From Marsupella aquatica (taxonomy: Eukaryota > Plantae > Marchantiophyta): a stretch of 64,000 nucleotides of DNA. The position numbers were made by a program, and so were the translations under genes. This document shows, one piece after another, positions 40,101-52,480 of this stretch (its first letter is position 1; each line of letters starts with the position of its first letter). The stretch is from assembly GCA_973895155.1 (NCBI GenBank), contig OZ316899.1, forward strand, positions 15,341,974 through 15,405,973. The letters are read 5' to 3'. Under the pieces are notes generated by a model. It had not been told where the DNA came from and searched no databases. It saw only the letters and a list, made by a program, of their open reading frames with translations.

Positions 40101-41217
40101 TTTCATCATGTCACGCATTGCTAAGTCCTGTGCAGCCTTGGAAAGGGGCTCGCCTTGAGCCTCCTTAAGAGCAAATTTCTTCTTAAGGTCCTCGGTCTGC
40201 GATGCAATGTTAGCAGCGGATAGAATATAAGTGCAGGCATCCAGCGTCATGTTCTTCGAATACCATGCGGCCTTCCGCACATTGGCCATCTTTTGCTGGA
40301 AAAGTTTGTAATTCTCAGCGTCGATGATATCTTTGTAAACGGATAAGTCATTGTTCAGAATCTTCTGGACGCGTTCAGCCTCCAAAACCCAGGAATTCTC
40401 TACATGACATTGAGTTAACCTGCCACAACATGCCTCATGTTAGCGAGATCGCTAGCTGAAAGTGACCTGGTAAAAATGAAATTTCAGAACTATCTTATCA
40501 TGAGAAGTCCCACCTGTTCAATGCGTGCATAGCCGACTCGATCTGAACGAAAGAGTTCTTTCCACCCTTAAAGATCTTGCAGACCACTCGAGGATGGTAC
40601 TTAATATCATCCGGATGTTCCTCCGCCAGTTGGCTCCATGAATACAATCGGTGGTTTCCATCGAAAACACAAAACATTTTGTCCTTGAGGATCTGGAAAG
40701 AAACATGAGAATCACATTCGCGCTCAAACTCCTCGTTTTGCAACACCCAAATATCATCCCAAGTTTCGCGGATGGCATCTGTACAGATCTGGATTTCTCC
40801 ATCCTCGTTTGTCATCTGAACGTAAAATCGAGGCGCATCCTTGATGTAACCCTGCGTTTTGAACTCGGACTTCAATGTGTCTATCGCAGTGGAATCCTTC
40901 TGCAGAGACCGGACAATCTACATGTTTCTCATCCGGCACAGAGGAATTCGGGGGGGAGCCAATGCAAATCCGAACTCATTCACTCCAAACGAGTGAAGAT
41001 GACGGTTTATGACAACCGTGTAAGGTTCCAAAGCGCTCGGATCAAACACAGGAGCAACTACGTCTACCGCTGTCACCATCTTGGGCCGCCTTGGAGTCTT
41101 CAATCCCGCTACAAGCACTTTCTTGTTCGCTGTGGACCTAGTTTCTCTCCTTGTCGACTCCCTAGACTGAAACGATCCTCTCAAAGAAATACTCTCTGGA
41201 GACAACGATGACTCCAT
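37158..41217 (-). pseudogene. ParB/Srx-like N-terminal domain plus N4/N6 DNA-methyltransferase-fold protein, 1198 codons; exons 41217-40514, 40419-39059, 38972-38290, 38107-37605, 37503-37158; one internal TAG at 40918-40920
   Basis: Four GT-AG introns all preserve phase; IPLCRMRNM*IVRSL..LKSEFKTQGY..VFDGNHRL; HLGFISLPTG..MLSDDGYVVV..MEFLTKPKDIVLDWTVCDGSSFSA..VVGVED. Confidence 0.75.
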
Positions 41218-44200
41218 GAAATAAAACCCTTTGGAGAAGAGTGCTCGAGCCCGGAGACTGCAGCGGCTGCACGCGTCAAAAACGTCCACAGAGCACCTCC
41301 TTTCGGAGAATTAGGACAGCCGTACAAACTGCTACGAACTCCCTCCAAAGCCTTATAGAGTTACGATAGTGAATACTGACAACGATCGACAGTACGATGT
41401 AAGGAATAACAGAAATCTCCTGGCAGGGACCACTAGTTGTACTTTTTGGAAAACATGAAGAACAACCTTCACGACCGATAATCTTATCCAGACAAAATAC
41501 TCCAGGTGTCCCGTGTAATTTGTACCGTTGACATTATGGTACCCGTTGACTATTCCCAACGGAATCCTAACGGTAAACTTCCTCAAAAATCAGTTTGACT
41601 TTTTGGCTAGCGAGATCGCTGGCATAAACTCAATGACACAGGTATCCTTAAAAGAGTTGAAATCAACGGTTTTCTTGCCATAAAACTATCAAAACCAAGC
41701 TAGCGAGATCACTAGCATGGGAGACGTCCCTATACGTTGAGTAAAAGACAAAATAACGGTAAAATCAACGGGAACCGACTGACAATCTGTTCGGATTGTT
41801 GTTTCCGTTGGGAAAAACCCAGTTTTGGTCCTGCAAATAGGATTCGTATGGGAGATTCAAAACATAGTGGTTGTATTTTTGTATGCTAAGAAGAGATGAT
41901 GTCGATGAATTCCAAGGTGGTTTTGGAGCGTAGAATGACGGGAGATGTGGTGGTACTCCCAAGTGCCCCTGACTCATCGGAGGTTAGGGTGACAGAGTCA
42001 TTCCTTGCAACTCATTTTGGAATTCCAAAAGATGACCTTGTCATGAAGTTGTTTGAGTTGTATTCTCAAAATGGGCCACGGAGTCACGAGTTGAGAGAGG
42101 ACAGTAGTACTTCCGAGAAGGTCTGGACGCTGAAGGTTGGATCTTGTGTCAAGGTTCTGTCCAGTAAAGATGGTTTTCCTGATGTCATTTTGGAACCCAT
42201 GGAATTAGATCCCGTTCATCAAACTCCTGTGATTGATCTTGGGACGCCTCCCAAAGACAGAGCTCCCAAGGTCATTGAAATATCTCCAGAGAGTATAAGG
42301 CAAGACACATCTTGTGGTTCGATGAAGTCACGAGATGGTTCCGAACCCGAAGGGTTAGCGACAAATTTGATTGAAAGGACTGGGGATAGCATGACCACAG
42401 TGTATCGGATGAGTGCCTATGACGCTTTTCTCAATATCAGTGGAGCGAGTGAACTTGCACAATTTAGAAGAGGGAATCAATGGAATGAATGTCAGGTTTC
42501 GACTCTGCCATCGACATACAATGGTAACGTTGTTTTTGAACTTCCTCCAGTCGAGTGGGGCGGGAGGGGAGGAGGTCTCCAAGATATGGATCGAGAGAAG
42601 GACGGCTATCCTTGGACGAGACTAGTGACTACATCTGCAAATTTGAAGCCAAGGTTTCATTGGGCTGTGTCGAAAGTTCGTTGCGCTAGAATTCTTGAAT
42701 GCCATAATTTGGGTTGCCGGAAGTTGAAACATACTGAGTGAAAAATGACTGCGCTTTCAGAGGGAAAGGGTTGCTGACTGACATCTTTCGTCTTGGAGAG
42801 CAAGTGAGTGAGGGAGGACTTTCTGTGGCTTCTGTGAAGAGAGGCCTCTCTGTATTCGAGAATGCCCGGCAAAACTGTTGTATGTGTACCCTAAGCAAGG
42901 TTTGGAGAGTCACATTTCAATGCATATGTCCAGATTGGCTGTGCATATGGGATTCCACGATCACCCTGTTTGGAAGGGAAAATCTCGTTCTGCGAGAAAA
43001 ACAGCGGAAGATGTGGTTTTAGGGGTCCATCGGTTGAATCCAGTCTCAACTCCCGCACGTCTGAGAAACCAGTCAATTGGGAACCTTGTCTCGCTATTGC
43101 ATCCAGAATCATCGGCTCAGTTGTCGAGAGAAGAACAACAAGAAATTTGGAGTTTGATCGGAGTAGTTTCTACCGCTCCAAAGTTCCAAGCTATTCTTCG
43201 GAGTGTGAAGATGGATAATCCTAAAAAAGGAGAACTTGACTCACTTCGTGAAATGCAATCACGTAACAATTTCCCTTTCGTGCAGAGGTACCTATTTCCC
43301 GATCAAGGAAACAGAAATGATCGAGCGCATGTATTCAAAATGAGTACAAATGGTCCTGGATCGGGTGTGGAAATTTTGAGGAGCATGGAGGCTGGAGGAG
43401 CATTGGAAGGTTCGTGGGTCAGTTTTGACGTGATGCATCGTATCACTAGTGGATGGTTGACCTTCAGCGCACACATGTATGACCATAATTACCGCGCTCT
43501 GTGTACAATTTTCACTTGGGAGTTGAGAGCCGAAGACACAGAGTCGCTTGAAACTACGTGGAGGTTAATGGTAGATGTCGCATCCAAGAATGGAGTGCAT
43601 AATCCCATTATTGGAGGATTCATAGCAGACAATGCGGAGGCTGGCTGGATTTTTGTGAGAAGGGTATTTTTTGGAGGTGTCAGAAATCCTCTGAAAGAGC
43701 ATAGTGATGCTTTCCATCTCTCTCAATCCCTCAGAAGACACACTTTGGAGGGGATCAAGGAGGGGTGTCATGCGGAGCACTATAAGATGTGGGAGAAGTT
43801 AAGAATTGCTCCAACATACGTCGAAGCATATCGTATCGCCGAAGACATTCAAAAATGGTGGAAAGAGGGGAATTGTCACCCTTCCAAGCTTAAATCACTA
43901 CAAGGGTGGATTTCATGGTGGGTTGTGCGGTGGAGACAATGGGGTAACTTTATTCGTGTGGTGAGTAACGGTGAATTCTTTCTGATGAGTTTAAGCTAGC
44001 GAGATCGCTAGCAATAAAATTTCTTTTCGTAAATGTATTTTGGTCACCGATTGAAACATTAGACTGTCTCAAAATAGACATATCGCTAGTGAATACAAGT
44101 GTTAACTCTGCTCATTTTTCAGACGCAAACTGCGAAGGAGTCTGCTCTGATGCCAAACTGTGCGGGAGCTGAATCTGCTCACGCATCAATGCGTTCCTGC

Positions 44201-46026
44201 CAGCCGAAGAAGAAAATTGGTTTGATTGAAGCCTATGAAGTTGACCAGAATCGAGCAGCTGGACAGATTGCAGCGTTCACTGCATACTTGGAAGGGTGTC
44301 ACCGTGGGAATGGTCCTACAATATTTGAGTTGGCCTTCAGAAATGCAGATACAATGGGGTCTATGGATGCCTATGAGAAGGCATCCAATCTACTATTTGA
44401 ATCATCTGGAAAATATGAGTTCTATAGAACTGTGCCTTTACATGGAGATCTTAGAACAACGTCAGGGAAACGGAAGGGTAGTGCTTCTGCTTCTATTCAT
44501 GAAAACGATTCTCATAGACATGATAAGATATTGCGCACAGTGGCGTCGCGGTCTAGTTTGAAAAGAAGAAATCTTTACACAGAATTTGGTAACTTCAGCG
44601 GTGCTTCTGATATTGGTGGACCTTCAGACTTTCCTGGCGATGGAGACAACCCCACTTGCCATGGACCTTCTCTTCCTCGTGAAGTTATAAATATATTAGA
44701 TGATGGTGAAGAACTACGTTGGAGAAATACCACAGCCTCAAAATAATCGGGATGAAATTCAGGATGCACCCCGAAGGATCCCTTTTGTTGAAGAGGTTGA
44801 TGTGACATATGGGACCTGGCACTTGAGGCGGAGTGGAAAAGGGAGTGGACCTGTTTGCAATGGACGAGTGGACCGAAGTGTGTTTGGAAGAGATGAGTGC
44901 AGGAATCTCATCAAAGAAACTGGAATGAAGGCATTCCGGGCTGGAGTGGTTGGTGTTGCGATTCACGGATTGAGGTTGTCATCTCCACATCGTCAGCTTC
45001 TATACTTCTGTCCGAATAATAGGTGCCATAAAACAGGTGGCAAAAGGACTCTTGCCCAGCTTCCGGAACCACCTGAGGCATTGCAAGTCCAGCGTGGGAC
45101 CAGGCTGACCCCAACAGAGATTGACTTTCTTCTTCGAAATGGGATTGAAATCAGAGGATTATCATACTCTGATCGAGCACCGATTGGGTCGTTCTCCTCT
45201 CCAAATCGTGTTGACCTCCGAATTGATGTGAACTCCTTCCCAGAAAGAGTTGACATTGGTATTCCAAACCGTAGATTCAAGACCCGGAATGGGAAAGGCG
45301 TTCGTCAACGTTTCCAGAACACCCCGGAGCTTCTCACGCATTTGATCTGCGACTGACAAACATATGAGAGTCATTGGAAGTGAGAAGATATGCCTCGAAA
45401 ATGGGTGGGGATGGCAATATCTTATCGTCACTCACGAGACAGATTCTAAAATTGCACACAAGTACTGGGTCCAAGTGTGTTGCTTTCCTTCTTGCTCATT
45501 TGATGACTTCTACAAGAGACACACGAGAGGAAGACCCTATATGTCTTGTAAACACCTCCTCTGGGTGTACTTAAACAAGTTCTCACTGAATCTAGACAGA
45601 GACGATCTTGTGAAGCAGCCAATTCTGACTGTTGCTGAAGTAAGGAGTTTGATTCCGTTGCAGTGTAGTTGACTTAATCTCTATTATCCGTTGAGGTGAA
45701 CGTTTCAGCGTCCCTAATTTTGTCGCCTTTTTGGTTTTCAGAACAGAGGAAAGTCCTCCACCTCACTAATTATATTGTGTATGCAATGTTAGCGAGGGTC
45801 TAGTACTATTCTATACGTATCGGCAATAGTGTTTATTTTTCTAGCGATGTCTCTGGCATTAAACCCGTAAAGTAAAGTTTTAGGTTTCCCGTAAACGGTT
45901 TCTTTTTGACCAAGTTCTACATAACGTAGAGTTCAATAACTCATGTATTTTAATTGTTTTTGGGATATACATTCGAGAAAACAAACCATTTTAGTCACGC
46001 ATAGTTTTACTAGCGATGTCGCTAGC
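38149..46026. repeat. Dispersed 18-bp palindrome GYTAGCGA-NN-TCGCTAGC, eight near-full copies
   Basis: 38149-38166, 38238-38255, 40439-40456, 41606-41623, 41699-41716, 43995-44012, 45840-45857, 46009-46026; partial sites near 36829, 36846, 42354, 44083, 45788. Confidence 0.9.
41896..45672 (+). pseudogene. Mutator-like transposase with GCM-like Zn DNA-binding domain and C-terminal SWIM finger; intron 43961-44122; stop at 42739 and frameshifts near 42820, 44715, 45340
   Basis: DGYPW..C..LECHNLGC..CGFC..C..C..HMGFHDHP; FDVMHR, FIADNA, DAFHL, GAESAH; YWVQV..PSCS.DDF..CKHLLWV. Confidence 0.75.
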
Positions 46027-47026
46027 AAAACTAGTACTGTAAGTCCAAACATTGCAGTCGGCAGTCTTCTCAAGAAGTTATTTCAAAATGAACAAAGATG
46101 TTCTCCCTTACAACTGTGTTGGACATTGAGTGTCGAAGAACTTTTTCGGATCCCAGATCTACGAAATAGACACAGTCGGGCTTAGGTTGTTGTTGCTTTT
46201 TGCGATAGTTAGGCCACAATAATAAGGGAGTATTTTATATAGGTAGAGTGGGTAGTGATACCCATGAGTTGAAAGGGATGTGGGGGTGTTAGGGAATTTT
46301 TCTAAGTAATGTGTGGGGCTAGGTAGGGATTATTATTCATTAAGTAATGTGGGGGATTTGGTAGGGATTAACTTTTAAAATAATGTATTTCAAGTAATGG
46401 GGGGTTTCAATTTTATTCTCATTTGTCGGGGAGGGGGGTTAATTATTATCTTGAGTATGGTGCAGGAGCAAGAGCATGGACGCCCAATCTTGCCGCCCGA
46501 GAGAGAGTTGGCTAAGAAATTTGGAACGCGGGCTCTGAAGCTTCACATGCAGGACGAGTTGGGGTCGGTAAGTATATGCACAATTGAAAACCATATTTCT
46601 AACCTTTGAATGCAACATGGTTATAATCACTCCCTTGTAGGTCATTTGCAACACTAACACTTGGGTTGATGGTTGCTTACATGTATGTAGGAGTCAAATG
46701 AGGAGTCTGAGGGTTTGGACTCAGCCGAGGAGGGTTTGGGGGCCTCAGATTCAGAGTCTGAGGCTGAGGAGGGGAGTGTGGCACCCACCCCTGTTCGCTT
46801 GATTGGCGGCGCATCCCGAGGGACTCAAGGTAGTCATTCCAGACGGAGGACTGGTGGTGATGTAGGTGGCTGTAGAGCAGCAGGAGGTAGTGGGGGTGCT
46901 ACAACTGCTGGAGGTGGTGTTGGGACAGGTGGTAGTGGGCGCCGGGGAGGTTTTGATTGATCTGCAGGTGCTGGTGGGCAGGGTAGTACTGGGGCCCATA
47001 GTGGTTCTCATAGGCCCGGGTCTGGT

Positions 47027-49383
47027 TGTCACGCGATTGACATGGGTCTTAACACCAAAGACGTCACTATGGGTGCCAAAACCATCTCCTTGTACCTGAG
47101 GATCACGAAGGGATGTTGTGAAGGCCGGTAAACACCAATTTATGCCCTTAACACCAGACTATCATAGCAAAGCTCTATCACACATCACCCAAGCTCAATC
47201 CCAAGGAACCAAGGTTGGGGATCAGATCTGCGCTCATGATAGTTCTGGTGAGAAGGGGTCTTCATATCGGGCCCGTACACACAGGGCCTAGCGCTACGGT
47301 GCGCATAGGTCTATACGTATGCTTACTGTCATAGGTATGTTTCTATTCCGCCGCCGGAATGTACCCATAAACCAGTGACTCCTGACTGATTCCCAGCTTA
47401 GGGACTTCTAAGCCATTGCCCCACCACTCTGCCATTCCACTCTCAGCAATCAGAGCTGTGACAGCCCTCACCCAACCCACTTCAATGCACCCGGTACACC
47501 TCTCAGTGGCGCTGCTAGTCTCATCATACACTCAGATTGCCTCACACACACACACACATCCATGAGAGAAATGAGGCCTGAAAGAAAAACTCAATTGGAT
47601 TCAAAGATGTGCACAATAGTTCACTGAGAACACTTGATCCGAACACTAGGCCCGAAGGCTGTCTCCTCCAGATTGCGACGTGCTTGCCCTGCAAGCCCCG
47701 TGCTTGCCATGCAAGCTCAATCCTGAACTCAACCTCCTTCACTGCACTTCATTCTTGGGGGCACATACAGATCTCACACCTCCAATTCAGAACGTCAAGT
47801 TACGCATGCATAGTTGACTCGACTTCAAAGCTGGTACCAGGCCTAACGGCGATCTACCCCAGACTGCAATGAGGCCCGGCCTCACGCTTGCCCTGCAAGC
47901 TCAGCTCTGGCCATAGATCCCTTAGTGCTCTCCACCAGACAAAGGCCGGGACTCCCCATGGGTCACGTAGCCTTGCCAGACTGAACTGTAAATGCTCCTC
48001 CTGCTGCCCCTTACTCAGTACCTCAGCCTCCCTAATGTGCCCACTGCAAATCGAATTGAAATCCTCCCCACAGTTTACAATCACCAATACATCACCTATC
48101 ACCAAGGCTCTGTATCGGGGGAAAAGAACCCAGTTGTGCTGCCCACTAGAAAGAGCCACAATCCAGCTCGCAAACCTAGCAACCCGTTGTTGTGAAGCTT
48201 GGCTGATTACTCCCTGAGTAATAGCACAACCAAGCTCTCCCCAACACGCAGCGTCCAAGTCCAGCCTTGCTTGCACAGAGCTCCTCCCCGCTGCTCAGTC
48301 TAAGTGAGATCACACAACTGAAGTCCCCCCCCCTCTCTACCGGGGGGGCTGCTCTATATACTCTCATACTGAGCCCAAATGGCTGGGTACTACGCTGCTG
48401 GAGCCCCATCCCAGCCCTAACAGAGCCGCCACTATCTCTAACTACTGAACCCTAACTCGCCATTTTATTTCTATCTCGAATTGGCTATGTACTTCGGATT
48501 TGGCCCTCCTCCATGGTTTTTGCGAGCTTACGCCTCCTCTCCCGATTTCTGTATTCAACCATTTGCTGCGTGGATAGCAGCGTTTGAAGCGGCTTGAGCT
48601 CCTCTTTCCAATGAGGTCAATTATAGCCGATTTGGTCAAATACACAGAGAGTTATGCCCCCGCAACCGAGAGGGGGTACTCACTGCTGCGCTAACCCGAG
48701 TTACATAGCTAACCCGAGTTCGGCTAACCTAGCTATCCTATCTAACCCGAGTAGAGCTAACCCGTGGTCTCGGGTTAGGCCGCTACCCGCTATCCGCTAT
48801 CCGCTAACCTAGCCTAAGCTGAGCCCGAACCCGAGCTTACCTATGCTAACCTGAGCCCGAGTTTAGGCTAACCCGAGTTCAATCTAATCCGAACCTAGGT
48901 TAAGCCTAAGCTGAAGCTGTGCTGACCTGAGCTAAGCTGAAGCCGTGCTCACCTGAGCTAAGCTGAAGCCGTGCTTACCTGAGCTAAGCTGAAGCCGTGC
49001 TTACATAATCTAAGCCGTGGTCGAGCTTGGGTTAACCCGAATCTGAAGCCGAATCCGCTAATTCTGGCCATAAGTTAACCCGTCACACTAATCAGACCGT
49101 ATCTCTCTTAATACACCTCCGTTTCCCGAGTGTTTTATATCGATTTTACTCGCCTTGACCAGATCTTTCCAATGCTCTTTACAGATCCGGATTTGGTGAC
49201 ATATTGAAAGAAATATGGTCGTCGACCACCCGCGACATAGTTTTTATTTCCCTACTCTTAACGCCATGATTGCCCTTATTCTTGCCATCTTGCTAATTGT
49301 TATGTAATATCAATAGCTACTCCTTGCATACAGCAACCTACTTAATCAGATTACAAAATAAGGACCATGTCATTGGCGTCACA
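47027..49383 (-). mobile_element. Solo LTR (family E, 2357 bp)
   Basis: TGTCACGC...GCGTCACA with 5-bp TSD CTGGT; strand inferred from repeat-rich U3-like part and TATA-like sequence. Confidence 0.88.
48688..49040. repeat. Short tandem repeats in solo LTR E (AACCCGAG units; 26-bp CTGAAGCCGTGCTTACCTGAGCTAAG about x4)
   Basis: Directly visible. Confidence 0.85.
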
Positions 49384-50129
49384 CTGGTGGGGGGGGTTGG
49401 TAGTGGGCCCCATGGTGGTTCTCACCGCCATTCAGGGGTTGTTGGCGGAATGGTTCTCGCCGTTCAGGGGCTAGTGGTGGAGGGGCAAGTGGGGGTGGGA
49501 GCACTGCTGTGGTCATTCAGGGGCCAACAGGGTGAGTGGGACTGGAGTTGGTGGCATTGGTGATGGGACTCCATCTCATCAGTCAGGGGCTAGTGGAGGT
49601 GCAGGGTCTCACCACTCTACAGCCCAAGGGGGTAGTGGAAGTGTATCATTTCATACTTGCTCCGATGCTGGGGGTGTTGCAGTGCCTTCTCATGACTTAG
49701 AAGGTGATGTTGGTGACGTTGGTACCCCGATAGCTCCAAGCACCACAGCTGCAACTGGATCTCATGCTGTCATTGATAGGGTCCTAGGGTTAGTGCCAGA
49801 TGCCACTCCCCGACCAGAGAGGTATCGCCCTCGTGCCAAGAAGAGGAAGGGACGACATGCACCAACATATGGATAGGCCAGGTAGCTTAGCATAGGACCA
49901 TTTGTAGGTAGGCCGCGATGCCATGCAGGTTGAGATGGATTATACACTTGTACATGTAAAGGTTGTACTTTCCATGCTAGAGGAAGCCATCCTCTTTTGT
50001 ATATATAATGGCAGGGGTTTTCCCCCTTTTGAGTCTCACTACCATTCTTGCTACCCATGCTCACTTCCATGCATCCCAACATTGTAACCCCCACACCCCC
50101 AAAATTAATAATCAGAAATTTTACCCCAT

Positions 50130-50659
50130 CAATTATCCGATACTCCTCCGATCTTAAAACTATCGAAATGTCCAATTCTCTAAAACTTGGAATTTGCCAT
50201 CCCCAGAGAATCAATCTTTCCGATACCCTCGGTTACGGTCTTTCCGATACTTCTACTAACGGTATTTCCGATATTTCTAACGACGGTATTTTTGATCCTC
50301 TTATTTACGGTCTTTGCATAACCTTTTGGTACGCAATATGCGATATTCAGAGTTACCCAAATTCCAATTCTTTACGTATCGGAAGTGTATCGGAAACACT
50401 TGGCTTTTGGGCCGCCTCCCCTCTTCCATTTCCGATTTTATTAACATCGGATGGCTGTTTTTCCGTTATTGTCGAGTACGCAAAGTGCGTTAATTTTAGT
50501 ATTGCAAAGTCCGATTATCTTCCGATTGTCGTTATCCGATGGGTTGAGTATCGGAATTTGCGATACGTTTAGAGTCGGATGAGATGTTTTTCTTGGAAAA
50601 AATTTACAAAGGGATCCGAAGGTGTTTGTATCAGAAATTGGCCTCATAATGTACTAGTG
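50130..50659. repeat. Right CACTA subterminal TCCGAT/ATCGGA repeats and TIR
   Basis: More than 10 copies in both orientations. Confidence 0.85.
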
Positions 50660-52258
50660 GAGCAGGCTAGGCAAGGGTTCTTCATAGCTATTGGATGTAC
50701 TGTCTGTGGTATGCCTCGGGTGTCTCTCAGTATTCACTGGAACATTGTGGTCCTAGGGTGGCCGAGCCTCCTGTGCCATATATCTGTAATGGTTTCCTTA
50801 TGTGGTTCTGTATGGTAGGTATGGGCTTTGGTGATATAGAATCCCAGTGGGAGGGCTGTAAACGTTTCCTTTATCCCCGTTTGTTTGGGTGTATTTGAGG
50901 TAATGTGCAAGACTTCCCTATTGTTCTCTATGCCCGTCTGTATATGTAAGTTATTTGCTCTAATGTATTTAAAGCTCAAGAGGTTTCTCGTTGCCCTTGG
51001 GGCATAGATAGCCGATTGAATGTATATAACTATGCCTCTGGGCAGGATGATTGTTGCGGGTCCAGAGCCTTCCTCGATCTAGTGCTGGTCCATTATGGTC
51101 GTTATCTTGCGTTGTGATGGTGTAATATATTTGAAGTATACTTTGTTTCGTAATATTGAGTGCAAGGTACCACTGTCTACAATGCAGTGGTTTAGTTTGT
51201 TTATTGGTGGTTGGCTTCCCAAAGTGATCGTATGTATTTCTGGTAATATTTCCGTTGATTCAAAAAAGGTGCCATATGTTTATGATTCGTTTGCAGTAAG
51301 GCTTTTCTTGTATAGATCTACCAAGTGTGCTGGGGCTCTACATGTTCTTTGTGTGTGCCCTTTAGTGCCACAGCGGAAACAAATTGGTGGGTTTTCAGCG
51401 TTATCTGATTGTGATCGTTGGCTGCTGTTGTTGCGTTACCAGGTAGGTCTCTAGTTGTATGGGCAGGGTCGTCCGTAGCCTCCTCCCCGGGATCCATTGT
51501 TGCTACCGCCTCGTCGAGGGCCACCTCCCCGACCTCTTAATGGTCCTCGTCCTCTGAATGATCCACGGCCTCTGGAGTTGCCTCTTAAACTTCCTCTGCC
51601 TCGGGGGTAAGTTCCTTGTTCTCGATTTGGGGCGTTGTAGTGCGCTTCTGATGGTGGCTGAGGTGGGAGAGTTCTTGGGGGTCGTTGTTGGGTATTTTGT
51701 AGGAGAAGTAGTTGGTGCTTCTTGGCTATTAGCATGTTTGCTATTAGCTCCGAGTATTGGTAAACTGCATATTCCTGTATTGCATTGATAGGACAAGATT
51801 GGGTGAATGAAGTGTCGACAGAGTTTTCCCAATTTGTTCCTCATTAGTGACTGGTTGGCCGCAGATTGCCAACTGCACCACTATCCGGAAAAGCTCGCTG
51901 TTGTAATCGGCAATGGACTTATGATCTTGTACGCGGAGGTTCACCCAGTCATGCTTGGCTGCTGGCAAGAAAATCGTCCGTGTGTGGTCAAATCTGGAAA
52001 GGAGTTCTTCCCATAGAACCCGGGGGTTGAATTCATTCATGTATTGTCTCTTGAGTGAATCCGCTAGGTGGTGCCGGACTAGAATGAGAGCTTTGGCTTT
52101 TTGCTGTAGCGTTGGGCCGTATCCGTTATGACTGTATCCTTAAGGTCCTTGGCGGCCAGGTGTGCCTCCACATCGAGGGACCAAGAGAGATAGTTTGATC
52201 CGTCGATGTGCAGAGCCTAGAACAGTAATTTCTTGATTGAGTTTGCGGATGTCGACAT
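50660..52258 (-). pseudogene. Bianca gag, protease and pre-integrase region
   Basis: GSNYLSWSLDVEAHL, LWEELLSRFDH..DWVNLRVQD, WHRRLGHP. Confidence 0.88.
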
Positions 52259-52480
52259 GCTCCAATATAAGTTTAATAAAGTTGCAATTTGCAATCCCCT
52301 ATTCTGCGCAAGAACTTCGCTCTTGGTCGTCCCTCTTTGTCAGTTCCCCCCTCATCGGATTGCTACTTCCGATCGTCCGAATTGTGGATCGTCCAAATTG
52401 TGGATCAGAAAGAGAAATGTTGTCCACTGTCCCTTTGGCTGACGAATTGATCGGGAGGAAAAAAAATGTGTGGAGCGCAT

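Larger units (their letters stand above)
36803..46184. mobile_element. Mutator-like DNA transposon with two divergent genes; ends approximate, no TIR pair or TSD found
   Basis: DDE/SWIM transposase plus accessory gene; private palindromic motif confined to this interval; host TnpA-like gene resumes on the other side. Confidence 0.7.
36097..49876 (+). pseudogene. TnpA-like CACTA accessory gene, split by the Mutator-like element and a solo LTR (pieces about 36097-36788, 46466-46567, 46691-47026, 49389-49876)
   Basis: FRSQLGQVLRANFSPLDYW..EEEK..WLNKKISRSLADRRNN resembles En/Spm TnpA N-terminus; Gly/Ser-rich exon continues across the solo LTR. Confidence 0.55.
29584..50659. mobile_element. CACTA (En/Spm) DNA transposon, 21,076 bp including nested insertions
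   Basis: TIR CACTAGTACATT...AATGTACTAGTG, 3-bp TSD GAG (29581-83 and 50660-62); removal rejoins Bianca CLACS|KGKL. Confidence 0.96.

Noticed and set aside
37158-41217. Bacterial or phage contamination explaining the ParB-MTase gene
   Set aside because: It has four phase-consistent spliceosomal introns and is nested inside a TSD-flanked plant CACTA.
38149-46026. Palindromic repeats as a CRISPR array
   Set aside because: Spacing is irregular (about 90 bp to over 2 kb), there are no cas genes, and the context is eukaryotic.
36790-46200. TIR pair, TSD or Helitron ends for the nested element
   Set aside because: No matching inverted ends, convincing duplication or hairpin-CTRR end was found, so boundaries are left approximate.
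47027-49383. ORFs within solo LTR E as another LTR-borne gene
   Set aside because: Only short ORFs (140 aa or less) with no shared motif.
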